64,000 nt of DNA from Carcharhinus amblyrhynchos (lineage: Eukaryota). The position numbers were made by a program, and so were the translations under genes. The notes beneath the pieces were generated by a model. It ran no database searches, was not told the DNA's origin, and was given only the letters and a program-made list of their open reading frames with translations. The stretch is from positions 12,648,001 to 12,712,000 of the forward strand of contig OZ336904.1 of NCBI GenBank assembly GCA_965287045.1, given 5' to 3'. This document shows positions 24,141 to 37,480 of this stretch, one piece after another (the stretch's first letter is position 1; the number at the start of each line of letters is the position of its first letter).

Positions 24141-27100
24141 TAGATATTCACTGTGGTGTCAATATCCCAATCAAACCATTCTGGTGAAAAAGACCTAAAC
24201 ATCTGGGCAATAGAATAAGATAGAGAAAGAAATAAAACAAAACTGTGGTGAAATGATAAACAAATTAAAAAGGTGTAATAGAAAAACTGAAGGCTCAAGT
24301 GAACCAGTGATACAAGGCTGACTTTGGAATGCTAACTTGGTTGGTGGCCTTGAATTGTGCATAGTATAAACAAATAAAACCATTTCAACTATCACAGAAT
24401 TCATGCCAATGTGAAGAGAATGAATGCTGCTTGGCTGTTACTTGCCACTTTTGCACTCAATGAAAATAACTCAATATTTTGTAGTCACTGTTTGGATTTT
24501 GGTGCAAGCACTGAAGAAAATCAGGACTGATGTCCCTGATAACTTTTGCTCTGCTTTTTGGCCTTTTTCTGCCAAAAATAGGAAGAAAGAATAGAAGTCA
24601 GTACCATGGGAGCTTACAGCTCATGACCAATAATTTGATTGTCTAAACCTTAATGGATTTTCCTCAGGCCTTGCTGCAAAGTGATTTAAGCTCCTGATCT
24701 GTATGATGACAGGAATCAATTTGTTATAGGTTATCCATTTTAAACTTCAAATTTGTTCTTCCCCTCGAAATTGGTGATACAAATTTGAAACTACTCCCAC
24801 AAATCTAATAAGGATGTAGGAACAGATCAATAAATTCTCTTCTATTGTTGAGAGCTTTACAGTCATGACTGATGTCAGTTACCAGAGAAAATAAGCTGTA
24901 CAGAGAACATCAAAACAGGAACGACAAATGAGGAACTACCAGCAGTTTCTCAAGGACACCAGTACTGTGTTTTGGATAAAAACTCTAAATTCTTGTTTTA
25001 AACAGAAATGAGTTTACCAGAGAGTAACATGACTTTCAGTTGAGGACAGGAAACCAGGAATGTTTCTGGTTTTTAACTAAATCTATTATTCAGTTTTGAA
25101 TCAGGGAGCTGGTAGAAAATTCCTATCTTTAGCTGTCTTGAGGTGACAGTACTTGGTCCTCTTCTTGAAGTACTATCAATCTGTAGTGAAGATCTTCCCC
25201 TCATAACATTAAACAAGAAATTCCAGGATATCGACTCAACAATCCTTAAGTAAGCAAGTTACATGTGTGACTTGAAAGGGGACTTGGAGGTGTGTCCTCA
25301 TGGTCTTATTGCTCTGCTGGGCGAATGAAGGTGGCAGAACCACAAGACAAGTGGTGGAACTGAGGAAACAAGTAATTCAACTGCCAATTTAACAGGTGAA
25401 AGAACATTTGGTGGCCAAGTGTAATTCATAGCCTCTCTTTCCGCTCCTCCAGCTCCTCTATTTCTCCGTAGACTTGCCGATCCAAATCGACCTCCAGAAG
25501 CAACGTATCCACCTGCTCAATATTCATATGTAAATTTATATAGCAATGGTCACAAGGTGTTTTGTACTAGGAGTCTCAGCAAAACTGGATTTTTGCTCTC
25601 GTCCGTTGATCAAAAATATTTGAGTATTCACTGATGTCAGAAGCAAGACCCTTCTTCTCCATGCGCGGTTGAAGGCCGAACGCATTAGCCCATTGGCCAA
25701 AATCATAAGACCAAATGAAGGTTTCTCAATCTCGGCATCGTTTCATAAATTAGTTCACTGCAACAACATCCAGGACTCATTTTAAAGATGGAGGTAAGTT
25801 TACAACGGGAGGTATGAAATCTATCTGCATTCATGCACAAGTGTGCAGAGTATAACGCTATCTGACTCAGATTCAACGTGCAGAGGCAGAGCAACATTCC
25901 AGTAGGATGCTAAATAAAGAACAAAACATGTGACAGGACAAGAAATAGCTTGCTAGTGCACTCATTACAACCTACCCCACCCTGACCCAGGTACTGTACA
26001 ATTTAACACTAATTTAACAAATGCACCTCTAGTTGTGTTAAGGTGACTACAACAATTGTTTCTTTTATTTATAAATCTATTCCCACTGATTCATTGCTAG
26101 TTCCTTCAAGCTGATAGAGTACTTCAGTATAAAATTCTACACACCAATACAGCAACCAGTGCATAGTTCCAAAAGTTATGACTGCCCTCAAAATGTTTGT
26201 CAGAATTATGCAGCAAAATCCTAGGTGTCTGAAATGTCAGCATCAATAAAGTGCCTTTCGAGTACCATAATTGTAATACCCGAACTCATCTCAGCTGCCA
26301 ACAAATTTTCTTCATTGCTTCAATTTGGACAAAAATCTTAAAACCTCAAGACTCTTTTCCTCCTCCCTCCCTTTCCCACCCAAGGTGAAGCAAGATACAG
26401 GAAACGAGTCTTAATTTCTAAGCTAATTTTTCCACATTCACTTTTTTCAGTAGAGTAGAAATATTTAGTGACTTTCTTGTATTTTGCAGGATTATATTGA
26501 ATCCTTATTCTGCAACATATCAGGCAAAGTTTAATTTAATTGGAGTTCAAGCTTTGCAAGTAGTATAACGTACTGTAGAACTACATGGTTGCTTCAAAAC
26601 AGATTAAAGCATTATTCTGCAAAATGTTAACTTCCTACCTTCTTGTATGTGCTTCACACCATCTTGATTTTAGTCAACAGATGTGTCAAGGTGGAGAGTG
26701 GACATTTGGCTCCAGCTCGTGGGCAGCACGATTAAGTCAGAAACTACTCTGGAATTCATCTTACCAATTGATATTACATAAACTATATTCTCCAATTTTG
26801 CTTAAAAAACAGCCATCAACTCTTATTAGAAGGTGAAATGACAGAGTTTCGATTGTACAATGATTCTGCGTAGAAATCTGTTGAGCTTCAAATTCTTGAA
26901 AGGATGATAAAATTAAATGAACTTCTAATAATCATATTTCGGCATGTATGATAACACCACTATTCTAGATACTGACAACTAGGACAAAAGTTTAGATCTG
27001 ACACCAAAATGGTGCTCAGGAGTTCCATTACAATCTGCAGCATTTGCTTTGTATGCCTATGGAGTACACAGACACTGCAATGGTCTAGTAACTAAATGTG

Positions 27101-28014
27101 TTATATGTTATAACATTGAACCACATGGATCGAAAAAGATCCAACCTGTGCTGTGAAACTCAGGGCTTCAGTGTTGCAAAGGACAAGAAAATTACTTGGA
27201 CTCAAACTCCTAAACATCAGCCTGCGAGCCATGCTAGAAAGTGAACTTACACAGATGTTGGGAGAGGTCAGAAAAAGGCTCAGCCTTGATGTGAATCAAG
27301 TAATGCCTAGCTTTGCAAATAGAATAGGTAACTGGGTGATACCATAAGAACAGGAGGAAGCCAGTTAACCTGTTCTGCCAATCAATGAGATAATGGCACA
27401 TCAATGACTGAACTGCACATATCTGTCATTACTCCATATCCCTCAACACAGACTCTGACTCAAAATTAATTATCTAGCATTAATTGTTTTTTTGCAGAAG
27501 AGTTTCAGAATTCCACAAACCTGTTGTTGTCCTAGTGCTAAAACCTACTATGGATGCTAAAAAGTCTGCAGGGGCATCACAGCACTCATCATTAGTTACA
27601 ATTATAATCACATGTACAATCAGATCAGTTTTCTTTGTGCCAAAACATGACTTGTTTAATTTGTGCACGTGGTATTCTTGATCAAGTTTGAAGTGCAGTT
27701 GCAAATGAAACCACAAATGTATTAACATAAAAAAGTGCAACTACGGGTGGGAAATGAATCCTGGCTTAGCCAGCAACACCCACATCCCATAAATGAATTT
27801 GTAAAAAAATCCAAAGACAACCATACCTTACTTATTTCATGCAGACCATTCAGCTTTTCACTTTGGTCTCTCCTGAAAAGAAATTGGAAAATACTGTAAA
27901 GACTCTGCTGAGAGAATCTAACATTAAGCAGAGAGTACATCTGCAATGCAGTCAAAAAATTCCAAAACACGACAAAAGGATGCATACAATTAGCTAAACG
28001 AAACCATGGAGTGT

Positions 28015-28128
28015 ACTGTCCGACCTTGCTTGGGTGAGGCTCAAAATCCTGCCCGAGGCAAAAGAGAATTCCATTCTGGAGTTCACCCGCCCCGATTCCG
28101 GGCGGGGAGTAGCGGTAAAATTCTGGCC
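28015..28128. mobile_element. Short GC-rich MITE-like DNA transposon relic
   Basis: CpG-rich ~110 bp ending gtaaaattctggccc, a terminal motif recalled from shark Harbinger-type MITEs. A related relic lies at 33254-33375. Confidence 0.5.
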
Positions 28129-28649
28129 CACTATATTCACCTACATCAAATGCAATCTTAACTTCCAAGCAAATAGAACCAAAAATAAAAAAAAAAGTAG
28201 AAACTGATGGGCAACTGAGTTTTTCTAGAAATTAGTTACACAAACCTTAGTGGCCTGGATGAAATCTCTAATCTATGTCAGTTAAATGGTGCAGATGTTA
28301 CAATTTGGAAAGGCATGCAAGTCAGTGGTTCTACTGTATGTGGATTTTTGACTCAATTATGATACCCAAGTGTTCCTCGCAGTTCAATAGCTGCCAATAC
28401 TTATTATAGAGGCTCACAGGAATGAATAGCAACTTACAGGGCACCCATGGAAACAACAATTATTCATTGCTATCAGAAAAATAGCAAAATTAAAGAGACC
28501 TCCCAATTTAGAAGAGAAATGTGTTTCAAATATTCCAATTGGTGCTGATAAATTAGAAGACTTAGCAGCACCTTTTATTGCAAATCCAATTTACCTCGAC
28601 ATATGTATAATTTGAAGCAACCAATGGGCAAGGGCAGAAAACACCTTCT

Positions 28650-29000
28650 GCTCAGTAGCACCCCAATCATAAGATCAGGATTTCAACTCAGACTTCATGG
28701 ACCTGAATAAATAATCCAGGCTGATCCTTCAGTGCAATTCTGAAGGAGTGCGGCACTGCTGGAAGTGGTCATCTTTCAGTTGAGATGTTCTAACCGGTCT
28801 GCCCTCTTGAGGGGACATAAGAGATTCCATGGAACAGGGGAATTTTCTTGTTGTCTTGATATTTATTTCTCAACCACTGCTAATAAAAAGATCTGCCAAT
28901 CATTTAGTGGATTGGTGTTTATAGAATCTTGCATAATTGGCTGTCATGTTTGCCTTGGTGGAAAAGCACTTGTATGCAATAAGAGAGCTCAAGACTGGTG
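28650..29000 (+). mobile_element. SacSINE1/DeuSINE-type SINE
   Basis: Deu-domain-like ggagtgcggcactgctggaagtggtcatctttcagttgagatgt...gtctgccctct...gattccatgg...atatttatttctcaacc. Confidence 0.7.
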
Positions 29001-29031
29001 CTGATGTTATGAATCATTGAAATGTGTACAA

Positions 29032-29087
29032 AATAGAACATTACAGCGCAGTACAGGCCCTTCGGCCCTCAATGTTGCGCCGACCAT
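29032..29087 (-). mobile_element. Tiny CR1 3' tail
   Basis: Reverse-complement match to the tail at ~17578-17620 (ggtcggcgcaacat...agggccgaag...gctgtaatgttctat). Confidence 0.8.
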
Positions 29088-29111
29088 GGTTTCAGAAAAT
29101 GCATCTAAAGT

Positions 29112-29298
29112 TGTCATAGCTCCTCCACTATTTGAGAGGGAGCACTGATTGGCGATTTAACTTGAGGATCAGCACACCTCAGAGAGGGGCAAGTCTGAGG
29201 AGGTAGCTCTTCATGAATAACTTCAGCCAGTATAGGAATCAAACTAACATTCTCTGCATCATGAACAAGCCAGCCTTTCAGCCAACTGAGAGCTAACC
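29112..29298 (-). mobile_element. tRNA-derived SINE (third family)
   Basis: Minus strand begins ggttagctctcagttggct (A-box-like), has gtttgattcct (B-box-like), then ctgaagttattcatgaag...caagttaaatcgcca. Confidence 0.6.
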
Positions 29299-30909
29299 AA
29301 CACCCCAAAAACAATGTGCATAACTAAAGTATCACCAGCCACTCTACATGTTATCAGTGATGCAGACATCCAAGGCCTCAAATGGGAGGGCAAAAATTTA
29401 TCCAAGTAAAAAAGTTGAAAGGTTAATTACTATGTCCTACCAGACAAATTGAGAAATTTCCTTCCCTTGTAAAGGGTTTGCTACTGTACCCCTTCAAGTT
29501 CCTTTAAAGATTTTTCTCCAGCCCAACCAAAGCCTAACTTTGTGTCTGATATAAATGACAGGTTTGACTGCTGTTAGTGGAGACTAGCACATTCTTAGAA
29601 GATACTTACACTGTATACTCTTTTATTCTACTGATCAACATCACTGATGAAAGTTGATGCAATTTACACTTCCCAGTGTGTCCTTTAACATTAAAGTTAC
29701 GTTGACAACATGGTGTGTCCACATTCAGAGGCTACCAGTCCCTCATGGTTAACAGATATTTTTGTATCTGCTATTAAATATCGATATTTAATAATGCTAT
29801 AGATGTAGAACTAAGCAGACTGTACGCAGTAGAATAATGCTAATTACTCTACAGAGCTAATTAAACCATGTAGAAACAGCAGAACACTTTTAATCAGCTC
29901 ATAGTCACTTATTCCCAAGTAAAGTATACTTATACGTTAATCATTAATGAATGGCTCAGGAACATATATTTTTACATAATGGTAAGGACTTTTAATTTCT
30001 TAATTTAAAATCAAAACTTTTCATTCTTTTCTTTTGCTCTGTCCACTAACAATTTACAATGGGTTCCAAAATTCACCACAAATTGACTGTTTAACATCTA
30101 CTTGGATAATTACTGCATTATGCACTTCTTGGATCAATTTTTTTTATTTTTGCTGGATACTCTTTGGACTGCATAAGCATATCAATACCATCTCCCCTTT
30201 CATATCAAGCGAATTATAACAAAATCCCTGCTTTGGAAGTGGTGACGGTGGTTTGTAAATAGCATCTTCTTTTCCCCAACTCATTTTCACTTGTAATTGT
30301 CAACTTTTATTTAATACTTCTGAAATGATTCTAGGATGCAAGTTAAATTCCATGTCATTTTAAAATGAAATATTTCCAAAATTTAATATCAACTTATGTA
30401 CAGACCATGAAACTGAAAAAAAGGGAAATATTTCCTTTGCAGTCAATTATTTATGGTCCATGAATTCCATGAAAATCACTCATGTATAGAGCAATACTGA
30501 AGGCTGGTTTCTACAGAAACAAAGGGAGAGCATTATTAGCAAATTATTTGCCAGAATACAATTAGGACAATCAATTTGTTCCAGCAAACATTCCTATAGC
30601 ACTTTTCACAAAGGAATCTCAAAGTGCTTCACAAAATAATTGGAAACTCAATGCCATGCAAGAAAGAACACCCAAAGAGAGACAACAGAATTAGAAGAGT
30701 TTTAAAGAGGTGACAAAGTAAGCGGTATAGGGGAGGGAACAGTGAAGGAATTAATTCAGGGACACAATGGATGAAAGAACTGCCACCAATGATGTAGTAG
30801 TATTGCGAACCAGATAATATTAGATGAGCAGCTGATGACTTGCATGATCACCAGCGATGAATAGGTGCAATAAAGCAATGAATCACTGCGACTATATACA
30901 CTCAAATAC

Positions 30910-31452
30910 TGATGTGACCTACATAGGCATTAATACATGTATTATGTTTAGTTCTACAAGATGTTTCAGTAGACAGATTAATGATTCTTTGTGAACCAAC
31001 AGAACCAAGTTCACTGCACAAAGAAACAGGCAAGATTTCACTTTATATAAAACTTTTATTTCAACAATCAAACGAAAAATCAAGAAAATTACACATGAAC
31101 AAACAGGCAAATTGCTGTCAACATTGATTAAACACTCGATACAAAGGTAGGTCTCAGACTTATCGAGCAGCCCACTTAGGATATATGGCACTACATTTAG
31201 CAAAAGTCCTTCCAACTCTGGTCTTCCTCAGGTAGAGTTCCAATTCCTATTTCTATGCTAGCTTCAGCTACCAAGTCTCCTCCAACAGTTGACCCCAATC
31301 AGAGTCCTCATAAGATGGTCTTCATCCAAAATGACCAGCTCTGTTTAAATTGGTCTGTTTAAAATAAAGCAACAGCGGAGCAGCAATAACAGGATTTTGT
31401 GTATTCTTGTTCCTGGATCCAGCTTCAGGTTTCCTTCTTTAAAGTGCCCCAC
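30910..31452. mobile_element. Possible degenerate solo LTR
   Basis: TG...CA-bounded ~540 bp with a layout like 12771-13482 (internal ttttatt run; end ttctttaaagtgccccaca). Weak support. Confidence 0.3.
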
Positions 31453-31632
31453 ATGTAATTCTCTCTAATTTGCCAACATTGTGTAATCTAAGCTTTTATG
31501 ACTGTGTCTTTGTCTGGTTTCAATTAGTTTCAGTTGCTCTTGAAGCCTGACATCAGATTCCATTTCAGTTCATGCTGGACTAAACAAAAACAAGCTTTGA
31601 AACCAGGTTCCATCCAGCCAACAGCACATCTA

Positions 31633-31822
31633 ACAGAATCAATGGCACCTCCTTCAATGCAGAGAGGGGCCACCTGGCCCATCGAATCTGCACTGACCAC
31701 AATACCACCCAGGCTCTACCCCCATATCCCAAATATTTACCTGCTAATCCCTCTAACCTACGCATCTCATGACACTAAGGGGCAATTTTAGCATGGTCAA
31801 TGCACCTAACCCGCTCATCTGT
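31633..31822 (-). mobile_element. HE1-type SINE 3' half
   Basis: Reverse complement of 32590-32760 (ctaatccctctaacctacgcatctc...gacactaagg...aattttagcatgg). Confidence 0.85.
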
Positions 31823-32377
31823 CAAACAATAGGTCGCAGATGCTTCCCATTAGGTCCTTCAAACTGGATTCCATCACAAGACGTATTCTTTTAGCACAAA
31901 ACTGAAACCTACCATTAAACATTAACTACTGAACTAAACTTATTTAAAGACAATACTGTCCATCAGGATCAATCTATTCACTTAGAAGGGTGATCAGAGC
32001 CAAATGTTTGTATACAGTACTTACGAAGAATGACAGAAAGTGACAGCTTAACAACATAAGGAAGAAAAGATGGTTGCTGTTTTGGCTGTGTGCAGTACAG
32101 ATTCAAATTGTTCCTCCTAACGATATAATGCTTTCTGTTGTTAGAACATCTGCTAGCTCTTCTTGTATAGTCAAATTCAGCTCCAGTGCAAAGTGTCTGA
32201 GCAAGCTAATCCAGAAGTAGTTGAGTCATGTAGATCTGGAAGGACGCATACTCAATTTGCAACTTGTGCTGAAAGTAGTAATAGTTACTTCAGTTGACTC
32301 TCACAAGTTGAAGGTTCTACTCTAGGTCACTGTCCAATTCTGGTTTACTTGAGATATTCTGCTAACAAGTTCAAACG

Positions 32378-32945
32378 AGACTTGCATTTATTTAGCACTT
32401 TTCTTACCACCAGGAAAATCATAGCTCTTTACAGCCAATGAATTACTGTTGAAGTGTAGTCATGGTGGTTTTGTAGGAAATGCGAGTTAACTAGTGAAAA
32501 TGCCAACAAACACAATGCGATAATCTCCTCGTGTCTGCAAGGGTTTTCTCCGGGTGCTCCGGTTTCCTCCCACAGTCCAAAGATGTGCAGGTTAGGTTGA
32601 TTGGCCATGCTAAAATTGTTCCTTAGTGTCCTGAGATGCATAGGTTAGAGGGATTAGCTGGTAAAGTATGTAGGGATATGGGGGTAGGGCCTGGGTGAGA
32701 TTGTGGTCAGTGCAGACTTGATGGGCCGAAGGGCCTCTTTCTGCACTGTATGATTCTATGATCTCAATAATCTTATGTTTTTGATTCAGCAATCAATTTT
32801 GGCCACTATACCAAGTATGGATAACTCACTTGCTGTTTTTCAAATATTGTTGCCATGGGATTTTTTTTATATACACCTTAGTGGGCAGATTGAGCCTTGC
32901 TTTGACATCTCATTGGAAAAATGGCATCTCCTTCAATGCAGCACA
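32378..32945 (-). mobile_element. SacSINE1/DeuSINE-type SINE split by a nested HE1 SINE
   Basis: 3' part gacttgcatttatttagcac...ctttacagccaatgaa...gtaggaaatgcg (32378-32490) and Deu part gccatgggatttt...atggcatctccttcaatgcagcac (32780-32945). Confidence 0.7.
32522..32760 (+). mobile_element. HE1-type V-SINE (5'-truncated)
   Basis: ggttttctccgggtgctccggtttcctcccacagtccaaagatgtgcaggttagg...ctgcactgtatgattctatg. Confidence 0.92.
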
Positions 32946-33253
32946 AGTTGAAGACTTTAATACTTGATGGGGAAGTTACTCCATTTTTGACCAAGGGCCT
33001 AAAAAAGATAGCTATCCTGAGATCCAAGTTCAGCTCAGAGATTGCTGCAAGCAAAAAAAAAGGTTTGGACTTTTTTTCAAAATTAATAAAATATGTTTTG
33101 ATTGAAGGTATTGATGGGAGGTATGGACATATTCCATTGCATAGGGGCTTTAAACTGTATCCAGTAAAGGCATCTATTATTTTTGCTGTTGGTGTTCAAA
33201 TTGCCAATTCAGCATGTAGATTTTATATTGGGGAGTGATCCCAGGGAATATAT

Positions 33254-33375
33254 GCTGGAATTCTTCTGCCCCGCCCACCACAGAATCAGCGTGGGTGACA
33301 GACAGGCAACAGAAATGTCCGTTGACCTCGGGTGGGAATTTTCAGTCCTCGAGTGAGGCTCTAAAATCTTCCCAG
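33254..33375. mobile_element. Short MITE-like relic
   Basis: gctggaatt...gacctcgggtgggaatttt...taaaatcttcccag, with similarity to 28015-28128 in reverse orientation. Confidence 0.45.
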
Positions 33376-36228
33376 TAGTTTTTCCAGCTCGCAGGACAGT
33401 GTTGTCAAAAATGTCTAAGTCGTCCCAAATTATAAGTCTTTCCCAGAAAGGACAAGGACCTCAAAGTAATCCTAAAGGGTTAATGATACCTACACAGCAG
33501 TGCTTGTCGCGTTGACACCAGAGCAAAAATCCAGGCAAATGAACACAAGAGCTCAGTAAACAATATGAAATGCCAAAGTGATTGGGAATATGTTATTTGT
33601 GAGTTGCGAGGAAGATTCAAGTGTTAGAACATAAAATGATGGTTCAAAGTAAAGAAGCTGTCAACGTCAAAGTATTAGATTTAGTGGGATCAAGGAAAAC
33701 TAAAAAAAACTATAAACTGTTCAAAGACTAGGTCAAACAGGAATATCAAACCTTTAACTTAAAAATATAATTTGGACGCTATGTTCAAGTAGCTAAGGAA
33801 GAGTTTGTCCGATGAAGACACTAATTGTTGGCACAAAAAGAAGCAATTTAGAACATGCCATCATAAAAAAACCAAAATGCTCAATTTTGGACAATGAGTT
33901 TAAAAATAAAGCCACGCTAATGAGCGAGAGGGAGGTAAAATTCAAACTGTGTACGGACAGAGAAAGAATGGCTACAACAATAATGGTGTCTTGGTGTGAA
34001 TGAGATGTTTACACTGGTCTTCAAATTGATACAAGTTACTTATGTGAGTCCCAAAACGAAAGGGATGCTTTGGAAAGTAAAGATAAATTACTTTATGTCT
34101 CTACCTGCTTCAGGGAATAGGCTGCAGGGAAGTACCCTTTTATTTTGGAATTATGTTTGATTTTTTGCAGAAAACAGTTATACATCTGAAGCTGGCTCAG
34201 CTTGGAAAGAGGCAGAGAGTCGTCAGAAATGGGAGTTTTCAATTTGAGTGCATAAAGAAAACTCAATGGTCATCTAGCAAAATGCCCGTGGAAGGAGAAT
34301 CCCACATGCACATCTTTGCACAAATCTCATGTAGAGGAGAACGGAAGTGAATTCCCAAGAACTATGGCACACCTTGGTTTAGTCCCCTAAATGAAGTGAA
34401 AGTACCCTCCCCACCCTGAAAAGTATATGGGAAATCTTGTGTAGAAATAAAAAACAAGAATGACCCATTATTCGTAGTACTTGCTTTAATTCTTGTGGAG
34501 GCTTTTGATGTGCTAGCTAATGGCATAATCCTAAGTTTAATTTTTTTAAAAAATCTCTCGAGCTCAAGATAATGCAAACATTTCCATGTTATTATTTAAG
34601 GCACAGAAGCAGAACACTTCCAATGTCCACCCTCAACTAGTGTAGCCAAAGGACATGTATTAAATCTTGGAAAAAACACAGGCTTTTGAGTGTTTAAAAA
34701 AGGAAAAATTGAGAAACAATTTTCTTGGAAGGCTTAAAGAAAGTGATTGGTAGTGAAAGATCAAAATTGTTATCTAGAGTAAAGAATGAAAGATGGGATT
34801 GAAAGTAAGAGATGGTAGCCAGCTATCCCAGAGAGGCAAGGGAATGAAAGAAACATTTTCATTGCCATAATTAAGAGCAAGATGTAGCTATTGCCCCTAA
34901 TGCTGAGAGTCATAGTTTTGCAGATGCATAATGACGGAGAAATTTAGGAAAATAATACAAAATGTGAGAGGGTGGCCAAGATAGACCATCACTGATGAGA
35001 AGGAGGAATCGAGTGGGAGTAAGGACAGCCTACAGCATCCAAGATAATGGAAAAAGAACAATATGATCAATGAACTTCAACACAGGCAGCAATTGGAAAC
35101 ACAACTACTAACCCAGCTTTGGTGACACTAATTAATTTCAAAGAAATGGACAATGGTTATATTTCTGCTCTTAATTTGTGTTTTATTCTCAAACTCTTGT
35201 GCCAAAATGTTATTTATACTACACCTCACGTATCCAAACAGTAGACTCATCTCATTTTGATAATTGTTCTTTGTTGCAATATTTAATTACAAAATTGTCA
35301 GTGCAGTACCTAACTCGATTCAAAGACCTACTTTTATAACTCTGCTTACTATCAGTTAAGGTAGGAATGGAGTGTTCAGAAGTGGGAAATCACTGGATAC
35401 TCTGTCACCCTCTACATATCAAATGGTAGAAGAACTTAAGCTGCAGCTTAATTAATGGCTGAATGGTACTGTCAATCAGTAATTACGCTCACACGATCAT
35501 TTTTAAAGGCTAACCAATTCCTGTAGCACGATCTGTCTTCTAAAAGGCATATATTTACTCAAACAATATAAATCTTGCTAAAATGTAATAGCATGTGAAG
35601 GGATTGAAAGGAATAAATGTACAATTAAACTTTATCAGTGAAACAATCTTTGTCAGTAAAGAAATACTTTTTCTCACCAGAATCAGAAAGACACTTTTAT
35701 TGGTATCAACAATTCAGATAAGTTATTTGATAACTCTTGGGCTTAGTGCAGAGCTTTTAGTCTAGTGACAGCCCCACCTTCCCTGATAAGGCTAACACTT
35801 AAAAACCTAAAAGAAACTTGATGTTGCAACATTACTGAGTTACTTAGTTAAAAATTACCACAAAATATCTGAAATGCATTACTCCATTAAGTAGGCAATT
35901 TAGAAACAATGTCTCAACATCACATTTCACTCATTATAAAAACTCTGCTGTGAACCAACACTACGTTGAATATCCAAGTAGCATACAAGGTGCACAACTA
36001 TAAATAGTTAGCTTTTTTAATATGCTCAGTACTAAAAATTAATCAAATCTTCGTACTAGGGAAGAAAGATAAATACAAGAGTTGTTTAATCAGTATCCGA
36101 GCGTTGGGCAGCACTTGATTGTGCACCCACAAGATTTTGCTCAACTCCTCAGCACGTGCTGCAACTCCAGCTGCCATCTCATGCCCAGCTCAGCTGCACT
36201 TCTGCTGCGCTGGGCATCCGCTCCCTTG

Positions 36229-36262
36229 GTTTCTAGGAGACGGCTGACAGTTGCTTGGCAAC
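36229..36262. promoter_or_regulatory. Tandem RFX X-box motifs in a GC-rich patch
   Basis: GTTTCTAGGAGAC (36229-36241) and near-palindromic GTTGCTTGGCAAC (36250-36262), with TGACAG between them. Confidence 0.5.
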
Positions 36263-36829
36263 CGGCTAATAATTAGTTCAGGGCAACCTACAATGCCTGG
36301 CAAAATGCCAGTAGTGAATAACAGACATACTAAAGAGAGAACCGGAACCAAACTTGAAACATGAGCAATGCATCTCCAGCTGCCAGTCCACCTGATGGAG
36401 TTTTTTTAAAAATAAAAGCAATGTTTGCTTTGGAATCCAAGATCATTTTTGTCAGATCCAGGCTGGTAGCAAGTGTGGCAACATATGTGAGTGCGACAGA
36501 GTCAATTCTCTAAATAAGGAGATTTTGTATAATTAACATCTTCATCTTCCCAACAGCACACACTGATCGACCAGAAAATCTGCTCTTGAAGTCCAAGCAA
36601 CTTGGGTCTTATTTAAATTTTGACTTGCTTGTTGGTTTGTTCAATTTGAATTTTGAATGCAGGTTTAGACAGGATGAACTTTAGCAACACCATCTCATTC
36701 AAGGATAAATCGTACATTGGGACATCGCCAATAATCTCTTGCTTCTATACACAACTTCAAGATGAATGAATGTTATAAAACTCCACAGTGCACTACCTTG
36801 CTTGAATAGAAGAGGATAGCTTTCAAAAC

Positions 36830-37480
36830 ATGAAGTATGTTGGAAAACTCAAGCTTATCCACTTTGACGGAAAGAACAGAAAAGCAGCATACTATTGAAA
36901 TTGAGAGAGATTGCAGAGCTCAAGTTAGTACAAAGGCGTCTGGGTCTCCTCATACATGAATCAAAGTTACATGCACAGCAAGTGATTAGAAAGACAAATG
37001 GAATGTTGGCATTTGTATTCTATTCCCTTTCCAATTAAAGTAGAGAAGTTTTACTGCAGCTGTACTGAGCCTTGGTGAAGCCACAGCTGGCATACACTGC
37101 ACAGTTTTGGTTACCCTATTTGAAAAAGGGTTAATTGCATTTGCAATTCAGAGAAGGTTCACTCAATTCACTCCGGAGATGAAGGGCTTAACTTGTGAAA
37201 AAGGTTGAACAGGTTGGGTCTTTATCCATTGGCGTTTAGAAGAATGACAAATACCCTTACCGAATCATAAAGATTCTGAGGAGCCTTGATTGGGTGGATA
37301 CCAGAAGGGTGTTACCTCTTGTTGAAGACCAGGCCTTGGGGACATAATTTAAGAATGAGTTGTCTCACTTAGGATAAAAAGGAGAATATTTTTCTCTAAG
37401 GGCTGTAAGTCTATGGAATTACCTTGCCCAGAATGCAGCAGAGACCTGGTCTTTGAAATTATGAAGACAGAGTTAAGACA
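36830..37480 (+). mobile_element. Old degenerate CR1 LINE 3' region
   Basis: ctgcagctgtactgagccttggtgaagccacagctggcatacactgcacagttttgg...tttagaagaatga...ctatggaatt is a decayed LYxALVRPxLEYCxQFW region. Confidence 0.8.
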
